Shown here: piece after piece, positions 16,846 through 24,300 of the stretch
Layout: each line of letters starts with the position of its first letter
Numbering within the stretch: the stretch's first letter is position 1
From: a virus
Lineage: Duplodnaviria; Caudoviricetes
Virus record (IMG/VR): IMGVR_UViG_3300020045_006138
Coordinates: 1-26,922 of that record
DNA length: 26,922 nucleotides
Strand: one strand, 5' to 3'
Notes under the pieces: model-generated
The model's input: only the letters and a program-made list of their open reading frames with translations
Databases searched by the model: none
What the model was told of the DNA's origin: nothing
Program-made: the position numbers and the translations under genes

Positions 16846-19578
16846 ATGAAAAAATTTATTTTATTTTTTACCTTATTATTTGCAGGCATAACCGCCAATG
16901 CGCAGTATTCGCCTTCAAATAATTTAAACTATGTGAAACTTTTAAAGGCGCCTCCCGTTGGTTCTGCCGAAGATAGTATAATAGTTTATGATGGTTCGGA
17001 TTCATTTATAAAGATAGTGCCTAAATCAGCTGTAGTCGCTGGAAAAGAAAACACTTCGAACAAAACAAGTGCCGTCGTAAATTATAGCGAAACATTATAT
17101 ACTAATGAAAAAGCGGTACACGACGGGTTAAATCTAAAATTAAACATTTCAGATTTACCGACCAACTTAACCCTATACCCAACTACAACGGCAAGCGACG
17201 TAAGCGGCTATGTCGTAATGGTTACAGATATTCAAGATGTAAGGTATAATAGTACAGCGGTTGACGTAAGTACGCCTGCAATTACCACAACTTCGCAATT
17301 AGTATCACAAAGAATTTCAGATGCGGGCGTTTTAATCGGACAACCGGGCGTTTTTAATATTACGACTTTTGGAAACATTCGACATTTAAGCGGCTCAGGA
17401 ACAGCGACTTTTTTCTTTAGAGTTTACCACAGAGACGCAGCAGGCGTTGAAACTTTGATTTGTACCTCGAGCACTTCTAACCCTGTTACAAATGGCGGCT
17501 ATACTGAATTTTCAGCCTCGGGGGTTTGGAACGACGGAGATTTTGCCGCAACTGATAGGATTGTAATTAAAAGTTACGCTAATAGAATCGCGGGAGGTTC
17601 CGACCCTGTTTATCAATTTCAATTTGGAGGCGCTATTCCTGTTCGTACATTGTTACCTGTGCCGTTTTCGGTTGTGGATGCAGGGTATGAAATGAAAACT
17701 AATAAACAAAATTCATTAGCGGTTGATGGTAGCGGAATTAAATACCCAACAGTAGATTCAGTTAACGATAAACTAAAAACAGTTAATTCTTTCAACCCAA
17801 CAATAACGAAATGGGCTGGATTAGGAGATAGTATAACTGTAGGTATGGGGTCTACAGGCGGTAATACTAGTTATTTTAATATTATTTCAGATATGTTTCC
17901 TTTTATATCCACAACAAAAATTGCGGTATCTGGAGCCACTGTCGTACCCACAGTAGGTCACGCCCAATTAAGCGATTTGGTAGACGATGTGCCGATAGAT
18001 GCTAATTTAATAACAGTAATGATAGGTGTTAATGATTTTATTGAAGAAAGAAATGTAGGGGATGTTTACGAAGTTTCAACTAAAGATTATTCAGATTTAA
18101 ACCAAAATAACAGTTTTGCAGAAGCTTTTAGGTATAATTTAGAAACATTAAAAAATAACTTTCCACTTGCAAAAATTATAGTAATTACCCCAATCCAATC
18201 GACAATTGGATGGGATAGCACAATTCCTTTAAAATTATATGTTGATGTCGAAATAGAAATAGCTAATTTTCTTTCAATTCCTGTAATAGATGCTTATTCT
18301 AATTCAGGAGTGTATGGTGAATTTAGTCCTTATTTCGATGATACTGTGCATCCAAATGATTCTGGATATGCACTAATAGCCAAACAAGTTGTTACGGGAT
18401 TTATACATAATCCAGAAAATAAAGAAAGTTCTTTTTTTAATACCTTAAAAGTTGCTGACGGCGTTAGCTTCGGAAGGTCTGACCAATCCCAAAATGATAG
18501 TAATATAGTTTTTAAAGGATTAAGAGGCGTCGGGGTTAATGGTATATTAGAACTTTACCCTTATGGGTCGAACACCCCTAGCACTATATTAAGAGCTAGC
18601 GGAGTCGATATAGGGGGAGGGTTTTCATATTTTGACGCAGGGGGAGGAAATTATGGATTCGGTACAAAAACAGACAACGGAGTTGACAAAGTGCAAATAA
18701 ATGGTTCTGCATTAGTCAATAAACTAAAATACACAAGAAGCACAGACGTAAGTGGAACAGATTTAAACAATCTCGATGTTGCTGGATTCTATTGCGGAGA
18801 TACTATGTTAAACTCCCCTGACGGAACGGCAGGAGCTTTTTATATTACGGTCGAGCGTTACGAATTTGACCCGGCGCTTACACACCAGTTAGCTACTACT
18901 TTTTTCAGTAACACAATGTATTCAAGGGTTAAAGCAGGTTCGTGGGGGGCTTGGATGAAAATATCCTATACAGACTCCCCAACTCTCACAGGCACACCAA
19001 TAGCCCCAACAGCACCAGCAGGAACAAACACAACACAGATTGCTACAACGGCTTTTGTAAAAGAAAATACAGACGCTACTCAACATTGGACTAAATCAGG
19101 TTCAAATATCTACGCAAATAATTCAGGCAACGTAATGTTTGACCCCTATGGATTTGGAACGGGTTATAACTACACTACAAAATCAATTGTAGGATTTTGG
19201 ACTAATGGTTCTTTTACTAACGGTTCAATAGGTGTTACACAGAGCAACGACGGAGTAGCAATGTATCTAAGTTCTCTTAATGCTTGGATTTATGGTGGTA
19301 TAGGTAGAGATATGAATATCGGAACTTTAAAAACTGACGGAGTAATCAATAGTTCTATCAACAACATTAATAAAACAATCACAAGCAATGATAGATTTGA
19401 ATCTTTAGTACCTATTAAATTAAAAAGCTACACAGTAGCAACGTTGCCAACAGGAGTACAAGGGGATACCGCATTTGTAACAGATGCTCTGGCCCCATCG
19501 TATTTAGTAACAATAGTGGGTGGGGGTTCTATTGTGACGCCTGTATTTTTTAACGGTACCGTATGGGTAGCTCATTAA
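16846..19578 (+). CDS. tail fibre/spike-like protein with signal peptide, SGNH/GDSL hydrolase and knob-like domains
   Basis: MKKFILFFTLLFAGITANA-Q signal peptide; SGNH blocks GDSIT, AVSGA, IGVND, DTVHP; DLNNLDVAGFY...NSP...WGAW knob-like segment; fibre motif SPTLTGTPIAPTAPAGTNTTQIATTAFV. Confidence 0.8.
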   Translation: MKKFILFFTLLFAGITANAQYSPSNNLNYVKLLKAPPVGSAEDSIIVYDGSDSFIKIVPKSAVVAGKENTSNKTSAVVNYSETLYTNEKAVHDGLNLKLNISDLPTNLTLYPTTTASDVSGYVVMVTDIQDVRYNSTAVDVSTPAITTTSQLVSQRISDAGVLIGQPGVFNITTFGNIRHLSGSGTATFFFRVYHRDAAGVETLICTSSTSNPVTNGGYTEFSASGVWNDGDFAATDRIVIKSYANRIAGGSDPVYQFQFGGAIPVRTLLPVPFSVVDAGYEMKTNKQNSLAVDGSGIKYPTVDSVNDKLKTVNSFNPTITKWAGLGDSITVGMGSTGGNTSYFNIISDMFPFISTTKIAVSGATVVPTVGHAQLSDLVDDVPIDANLITVMIGVNDFIEERNVGDVYEVSTKDYSDLNQNNSFAEAFRYNLETLKNNFPLAKIIVITPIQSTIGWDSTIPLKLYVDVEIEIANFLSIPVIDAYSNSGVYGEFSPYFDDTVHPNDSGYALIAKQVVTGFIHNPENKESSFFNTLKVADGVSFGRSDQSQNDSNIVFKGLRGVGVNGILELYPYGSNTPSTILRASGVDIGGGFSYFDAGGGNYGFGTKTDNGVDKVQINGSALVNKLKYTRSTDVSGTDLNNLDVAGFYCGDTMLNSPDGTAGAFYITVERYEFDPALTHQLATTFFSNTMYSRVKAGSWGAWMKISYTDSPTLTGTPIAPTAPAGTNTTQIATTAFVKENTDATQHWTKSGSNIYANNSGNVMFDPYGFGTGYNYTTKSIVGFWTNGSFTNGSIGVTQSNDGVAMYLSSLNAWIYGGIGRDMNIGTLKTDGVINSSINNINKTITSNDRFESLVPIKLKSYTVATLPTGVQGDTAFVTDALAPSYLVTIVGGGSIVTPVFFNGTVWVAH

Positions 19579-19790
19579 TCATATATGTACAAGTTGCAAT
19601 TATCGCAGCAGGAAACCAAACCGAAACAATAGGCGAAGTATTTCCAATAATGCAACAGGATTTAAAAGAAAAAGAAATATCTTTGGGAGTGCCAAAGTTT
19701 GAGGCGCCCACAGAAGCGCCAAAACCGAAAATAAAACCGCCAACTTTTTGGCAAAAATTAATACTAACAATTAAAAAACTTTTCAGATGA
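19563..19790 (+). CDS. hypothetical protein (75 aa)
   Basis: Overlaps the end of the fibre gene; ATGA-coupled to the next ORF; Pro/Lys-rich linker and amphipathic C-terminus TFWQKLILTIKKLFR; start uncertain. Confidence 0.55.
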   Translation: MGSSLIIYVQVAIIAAGNQTETIGEVFPIMQQDLKEKEISLGVPKFEAPTEAPKPKIKPPTFWQKLILTIKKLFR

Positions 19791-19936
19791 AAAATTGGAA
19801 AACAAATTTGGCCGCATTGATTGTGGCGGGGATTGGAATTGCAACCGCTATGGGGTGGATAACTACTGAGGTTGGCGCGGCCATTGGAACTATCGCAGCT
19901 TCTTTAGGATTCGCGGTATCTGGCGATGCAAAGTAA
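19787..19936 (+). CDS. holin-like two-TM protein (49 aa), not in ORF track
   Basis: MKNWKTNLAALIVAGIGIATAMGWITTEVGAAIGTIAASLGFAVSGDAK; two hydrophobic helices; followed by a terminator. Confidence 0.75.
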   Translation: MKNWKTNLAALIVAGIGIATAMGWITTEVGAAIGTIAASLGFAVSGDAK

Positions 19937-19944
19937 AATAAATT

Positions 19945-19975
19945 ATTCCCGTTATTAATTTGACGGGAATTTTTT
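19945..19975 (+). terminator. intrinsic terminator
   Basis: ATTCCCGTTA-TTAATT-TGACGGGAAT then T tract; immediately followed by TATTTTTG (TAnnTTTG, 19977-84). Confidence 0.8.
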
Positions 19976-20007
19976 GTATTTTTGAAAGAACAAAATCCCT
20001 AAATAGA

Positions 20008-20304
20008 ATGAGTACCATATTAGAAGAAAAAGTTGACCGCTTAGAAAATCATTTTAAAGTTTATAAAACAGATACTCAAGACGTTAAAGAAGTGGTAAGG
20101 GACATTCGAAATCTACTTACAGGAACTGATTTAACGGGTAAAAAAGGAGTTATATTTGTTCTAGAATCTTTGGAGGCAAAAGTCGATAAATTAGAAGAAA
20201 AACAACTTTTAATAGACGAAAATATGTCTAATGTGAAATTCGTGGCAAAAGGTTTAATAACTGCTATTATTGGATTTTTCTTATGGCTTTTTACAAATAA
20301 ATAA
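20008..20304 (+). CDS. coiled-coil protein with C-terminal TM helix (XhlA/holin-like)
   Basis: MSTILEEKVDRLE...LEAKVDKLEEK...KGLITAIIGFFLWLFTNK; start reassigned to ATG 20008. Confidence 0.65.
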   Translation: MSTILEEKVDRLENHFKVYKTDTQDVKEVVRDIRNLLTGTDLTGKKGVIFVLESLEAKVDKLEEKQLLIDENMSNVKFVAKGLITAIIGFFLWLFTNK

Positions 20305-20309
20305 CATAA

Positions 20310-21416
20310 ATGGCACTACCAACACCGAATTTTATCGATAGGGACGCAACGACAATCATTAATGAAATGATTGCAGATTATGAGGCACGCACTGGCAGAA
20401 CTTTAGAGCCTGCACAGGTTGAAACGCTCTTGATTAATGCTTTTGCTTATCGTGAATTATTACTTAAAAATCAAATTCAAGACGCAAGCCTTCAAAACCT
20501 TGTAGATTATGCGCGCTTTCCGATGCTGGACAATTTAGGCGTTTTGGTTGGTGTAACTCGTTTACCTGCCGCATTGGCTCAAACAACGTTGTTACTGACG
20601 CTTGTAGCTGGTCACGGTGACGTTGTCATTCCTGCAGGTTTACGTGTAAGTTCTACCGATGGACGGGCAGTTTTTGAACTTGTCGAAGATACTGCTGTTT
20701 TAACTGGAATTGATACGGTTTCGGCTACATTCGTAGCGCAAACAGCTGGCAAATTATCTAATGATTACACTATCGACACAGTTTCGGTAATTTTAGACCC
20801 TCAACCCTATTTAGCTACGGCATCGAATACCGATGTTACTACTGGAGGTTCTGATGAAGAAATTGACGAACAATTGCGTGACCGCATAAAATTGGCTCCA
20901 AGTGCGTTTTCAAACGCAGGAAGTTATAAAGCTTATGAGTTCTGGGCAAAATCAACGTCGCCATTAATTATAGACGTTGCCGTGACAAATCCGATTCCTG
21001 GAACAGTTGAAATATTTCCATTGATGGCAAATTTAGCGACCACGCCAACGGAAATATTAGATGCTGTTTACGCTGTTTTGAGTGCTGATAGAATTAGACC
21101 GCTCACAGATACTGTTTTGGTAACTTCGCCAACTTCTGTTGATACCGCTATTACAGTCGGATTGATTTTATATGAAGGAACGGTGCAAGGTGATATTTTA
21201 CCCGTTGTAATAGCCAATTTGGAAGCGTTCAGGGATGGAAGAAGAAAATTGTTGGGTCAGGATATTGTAATTGACCAAATCAAGGCATTGTGTATGATTG
21301 ATGGGGTTTACAAAACAAACGTAACCGTGCCTGCAACTGATTTGGTGATTTCCGAAACGCAATTTGCAAACATCACAAGTATTAACGTTACCGTTACTGG
21401 TACTAACGTAGGGTAA
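20310..21416 (+). CDS. baseplate J/gp47 family protein
   Basis: LDNLGVLVGVTRLPA, GGSDEEIDEQLRDRI, AGSYKAYEFWA, IRPLTDTV. Confidence 0.95.
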   Translation: MALPTPNFIDRDATTIINEMIADYEARTGRTLEPAQVETLLINAFAYRELLLKNQIQDASLQNLVDYARFPMLDNLGVLVGVTRLPAALAQTTLLLTLVAGHGDVVIPAGLRVSSTDGRAVFELVEDTAVLTGIDTVSATFVAQTAGKLSNDYTIDTVSVILDPQPYLATASNTDVTTGGSDEEIDEQLRDRIKLAPSAFSNAGSYKAYEFWAKSTSPLIIDVAVTNPIPGTVEIFPLMANLATTPTEILDAVYAVLSADRIRPLTDTVLVTSPTSVDTAITVGLILYEGTVQGDILPVVIANLEAFRDGRRKLLGQDIVIDQIKALCMIDGVYKTNVTVPATDLVISETQFANITSINVTVTGTNVG

Positions 21417-21441
21417 TGAAATTCGCTGTATAAAATAAAAT

Positions 21442-22113
21442 ATGAGCCAAACAAACGAAAATATTTTAGCTGATTCCATTGCAGGCGTTCCGCATTTAGC
21501 GGCGTTCGATGCCATGGTAGCTGCACGTATGAACTCGATAGAACTCGAGGCTCTTTTAGTTTACGTTATAGATACCGTTTCAGCAAGTGCATTGCCAACC
21601 TTAGCACGTCAATTCGACGTGGAGGGATTTGTCGGTTATGGAGTAGCGACAAATGACGCACAGCGCAGGGAAATCATAAAACGTGCCATTGAATTGAAAC
21701 GATATATGGGTACCGTGTTCGCTATTCGTGAAGCTATGCGTATATGTGGCTACACAGATGCCGTTTTAACTGAGGGGATCGATATGGGAAATCCATTAAT
21801 TGATTGGGCGCGCTTTTCTATTGATTCGCAGTTAGGCGACACTGTTGGCCTTGATGGGGTTTCACAATCAAATTTGGCAAAACTAATTCGTGAGTATAAA
21901 AATGTTCGTTCCTATCTTGAAGGAATTTCATATAATTTAGCTATATTTGACACCATAGAACAGTTGTTTGACACGCTAAACATCACGTACGAAGCACCTC
22001 CAATATTTGATGATTTGGAGCATAAACGATTTTATTACGATGGTGTTTACAACTATGACGGCTCACAAAAATACCTCGAATCCAATGACTCATTAATAAT
22101 TTATATTTCATAA
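21442..22113 (+). CDS. baseplate/tail protein I (P2 gpI-like)
   Basis: ALPTLARQFDV, RREIIKRAIELKRYMGT, EYKNVRSYL; C-terminal YYDGVYNYDG. Confidence 0.88.
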   Translation: MSQTNENILADSIAGVPHLAAFDAMVAARMNSIELEALLVYVIDTVSASALPTLARQFDVEGFVGYGVATNDAQRREIIKRAIELKRYMGTVFAIREAMRICGYTDAVLTEGIDMGNPLIDWARFSIDSQLGDTVGLDGVSQSNLAKLIREYKNVRSYLEGISYNLAIFDTIEQLFDTLNITYEAPPIFDDLEHKRFYYDGVYNYDGSQKYLESNDSLIIYIS

Positions 22114-22115
22114 TT

Positions 22116-22550
22116 ATGGAAAAATTAACTATAAAAGGCGTATTTTATCTCGAAAAAATTTGCGCTAAAACAGGCGAAATTTTAGAGGTTTATACCGATA
22201 ATAATTTGGTTGTGAATGGCGGGCGTACCGCTGTTACCAACTTGCTTGGTGCAGCTACTTCTGGCAAGCAATTAACACAAATAGCGTTTGGGACAAATAA
22301 CACTTCGCCTGCTGGCTCGGATACAGCTATCACAGGAGCGTTCACAAAAGCACTCGGAGCAGTTTCGTATCCAACAATTTCAAGCGTGAAATTCGATTGG
22401 ACACTCGGAGCGTCAGAAGGTAACGGCTTGGGAATTCGTGAGGTTGGATTATTATGTACAGATAACACTCTTTTCGCTCGAAAAACACGTGAATTAATCA
22501 GTAAAAATTCAGATATTATTTTAAACGGAAGTTGGACAATTTCATTCTAA
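22116..22550 (+). CDS. tail/baseplate-associated protein (collar-like)
   Basis: NLVVNGGR...IAFGT...IREVGL...LFARK...WTISF, common after gpI in myoviruses. Confidence 0.75.
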   Translation: MEKLTIKGVFYLEKICAKTGEILEVYTDNNLVVNGGRTAVTNLLGAATSGKQLTQIAFGTNNTSPAGSDTAITGAFTKALGAVSYPTISSVKFDWTLGASEGNGLGIREVGLLCTDNTLFARKTRELISKNSDIILNGSWTISF

Positions 22551-22563
22551 TACTTTAAAAAAA

Positions 22564-23067
22564 ATGGCAAACGTAACAGAAACGTCGACTTGGGAAGATG
22601 GGATTTACCAATTAGAAACAACCGATCCTGTTGAAGGTGGTGCGGGTGGAATTTCCAACACTCAGGCTACGCAATTAGGGAATCGTACTAAATGGCTGTA
22701 TGATAGGATTGTGGATTTATTTAAATTCGCTCCAAAGAACAGAGGCTATATAAGCGGGGTTGACATAAATGGATTTACCGTAGGGCATTCTTATGCCGTA
22801 GGAGGAGACTTCACAGCCGCAATAATTACGCAAGACATAGCGCTTGCAGAAGTCGTTAGAATAACAATGTTAAACTCTATGGGTAATACTAATTATAAAG
22901 TAAATCCACCATCTATTCAGAGTTTAGGTACCTTAGACACTGATAATAATATTTTGCCAGTGGTTTATAAAATAATTTCGTCAACTCAATTTGATGTTAT
23001 TTTAGAAGAAATAAACACAGGAACTCAGAATTTAAGAATGCATTTTGACGTAATTTCATTAGACTAA
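22564..23067 (+). CDS. short tail fibre / fibre anchor protein
   Basis: N-terminal WEDGIYQLETTDPVEGGAGGISNTQATQLGNRTKWL baseplate-attachment motif; only 167 aa. Confidence 0.78.
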   Translation: MANVTETSTWEDGIYQLETTDPVEGGAGGISNTQATQLGNRTKWLYDRIVDLFKFAPKNRGYISGVDINGFTVGHSYAVGGDFTAAIITQDIALAEVVRITMLNSMGNTNYKVNPPSIQSLGTLDTDNNILPVVYKIISSTQFDVILEEINTGTQNLRMHFDVISLD

Positions 23068-23071
23068 TATT

Positions 23072-23599
23072 ATGGCAGACGTAAAAAAATTATCGCCTAT
23101 TTTGGCGAAATGGGAAGCGGGATTTGTAAACGATCCAACCGATAAAGGCGGGGCAACGAATATGGGTATCACAATTGGAACTTGGAGACAAATTGGCTAC
23201 GATAAGGATGGTGACGGTGATATAGACGTTGTAGATATTCGTTTACTTGACGAACACGACTTTGCGGCCGTTTTGAAAATATATTGGAACAAATGGCAGG
23301 CAAACAGATTAATAAACCAGTCTGTAGCTAATTTATTAGTTGACTGGGTTTACACTTCTGGAAAATGGGGTATCGTAATTCCTCAAAGAATTTTGAAAAT
23401 CGAACCTGATGGATTTGTAGGTAACCAAACAATTCTTGCCGTCAATTTGGTTGACCAAAAGAAATTTTTTGACGCTGTTTTTGAGGCTCGTAAAAAATTT
23501 TTCAATGACATTGTAAAAAATAACCCGTCACAGAAACGATTTATTAAGGGGTGGATAAACCGCCTAAATGATTTTAAATTCTCAGAAACCGATATTTAA
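23072..23599 (+). CDS. endolysin, glycoside hydrolase family 108 with C-terminal peptidoglycan-binding domain
   Basis: WEAGFVNDPTDKGGATNMGIT, DGFVGNQT, QKRFIKGWINR. Confidence 0.92.
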   Translation: MADVKKLSPILAKWEAGFVNDPTDKGGATNMGITIGTWRQIGYDKDGDGDIDVVDIRLLDEHDFAAVLKIYWNKWQANRLINQSVANLLVDWVYTSGKWGIVIPQRILKIEPDGFVGNQTILAVNLVDQKKFFDAVFEARKKFFNDIVKNNPSQKRFIKGWINRLNDFKFSETDI

Positions 23600-23615
23600 T
23601 TTATCGGTTTTTTTT
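23586..23615 (+). terminator. intrinsic terminator ending the late operon
   Basis: AAACCGATA-TTTAATT-TATCGGTTT plus T tract; endolysin stop codon lies in the loop. Confidence 0.85.
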
Positions 23616-23621
23616 ATACGC

Positions 23622-23646
23622 AAAAAACACGCCCTAAAGCGTGTTT
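23622..23646 (-). terminator. intrinsic terminator for leftward transcripts
   Basis: Minus strand AAACACGC-TTTAGG-GCGTGTTTTTT. Confidence 0.85.
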
Positions 23647-23677
23647 GATGACCAAAAAAATATCCAAAACTTATCGG
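23622..23677 (-). ncRNA. candidate small RNA (~55 nt)
   Basis: Minus-strand TTATATTTACAA motif (23689-23678) followed by CCGATAAGTTTTGGATATTTTTTTGGTCATC and the terminator; no ATG-started ORF on that strand. Confidence 0.4.
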
Positions 23678-23693
23678 TTGTAAATATAAGGAA

Positions 23694-24188
23694 TTATTTT
23701 AATTTATTGCGTAAATCTGAAATATTTACCATCAAGGCTGTTGAAATTGTTGTTGGCAAAAATGGCACGGCTTCTGGAAATTCAATCTCAACTCTTTTGA
23801 AGGTTCTCAAATTAAAAACAACATTTTCAATTTCAGCCTTCAATTTGAAGAATTCCGACTTTTTGTCCTTAATTTTATTCGCTAATTTAAGCAGTTTTTT
23901 TGCGTCAAATTCATTTGGAGAAAAACAATTTTTGTATGCTGGTAATTCTTTGTTGAAATTCAAAGTTTGCCATTCAAATCCGTTTCCAGTACATTGCAAT
24001 CCGCTTCTTGTTCTTACATAATAAGGGAATTTTTCGAACAATTGAAGCACTTCTTTTGGAACTGTTTTTAAATAAATTTCACTGAATTCATTTTCAAGTT
24101 CTTTTTTCAAATCTGCGATTTCTGTATTCTTTTTTTTGGTTAATTGAACCGCTACATTTTCGGCAATTTGTTTTGTTATTCTAGACAT
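23694..24188 (-). CDS. Nmad5-like protein (nucleotide-modification-associated domain 5)
   Basis: MSRITKQIAE N-terminus and C-terminal LRTFKRVEIEFPEAVPFLP resembling the family's T-x-K-x4-WPEA-x2-LP motif; recognised from memory. Confidence 0.55.
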   Translation of the reverse strand: MSRITKQIAENVAVQLTKKKNTEIADLKKELENEFSEIYLKTVPKEVLQLFEKFPYYVRTRSGLQCTGNGFEWQTLNFNKELPAYKNCFSPNEFDAKKLLKLANKIKDKKSEFFKLKAEIENVVFNLRTFKRVEIEFPEAVPFLPTTISTALMVNISDLRNKLK

Positions 24189-24300
24189 AATTTTTTTTTA
24201 TTTATTTAGTTTTTAATTAAAAATCATCTTCTTCATCGGTTGTTTCAGAAACAACAGTTTCAGGAACTGCAATTTCAGGTTCCACAACTTCGAAATTTTC

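Noticed and set aside
2612-20007. ORF-track starts at 2612, 12188, 15100 and 19960
   Set aside because: The extensions run through promoter or terminator sequence; ATGs at 2678, 12242, 15229 and 20008 fit better.
169-22468. Many minus-strand ORFs opposite late genes (for example 734-1222, 11459-11893, 13561-14037)
   Set aside because: Antisense shadows of well-supported structural genes with no recognisable motifs.
7779-23067. Tailocin or extracellular contractile injection system
   Set aside because: Terminase, portal and capsid genes are present and intact, so this is a phage.
16846-23067. Diversity-generating retroelement or invertible fibre cassette
   Set aside because: No reverse transcriptase or invertase, and I saw no template/variable repeat pair or flanking inverted repeats in the window.
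23648-23683. Tiny + strand ORF MTKKISKTYRL
   Set aside because: 11 codons, downstream of the late terminator with no evident promoter; unsupported.
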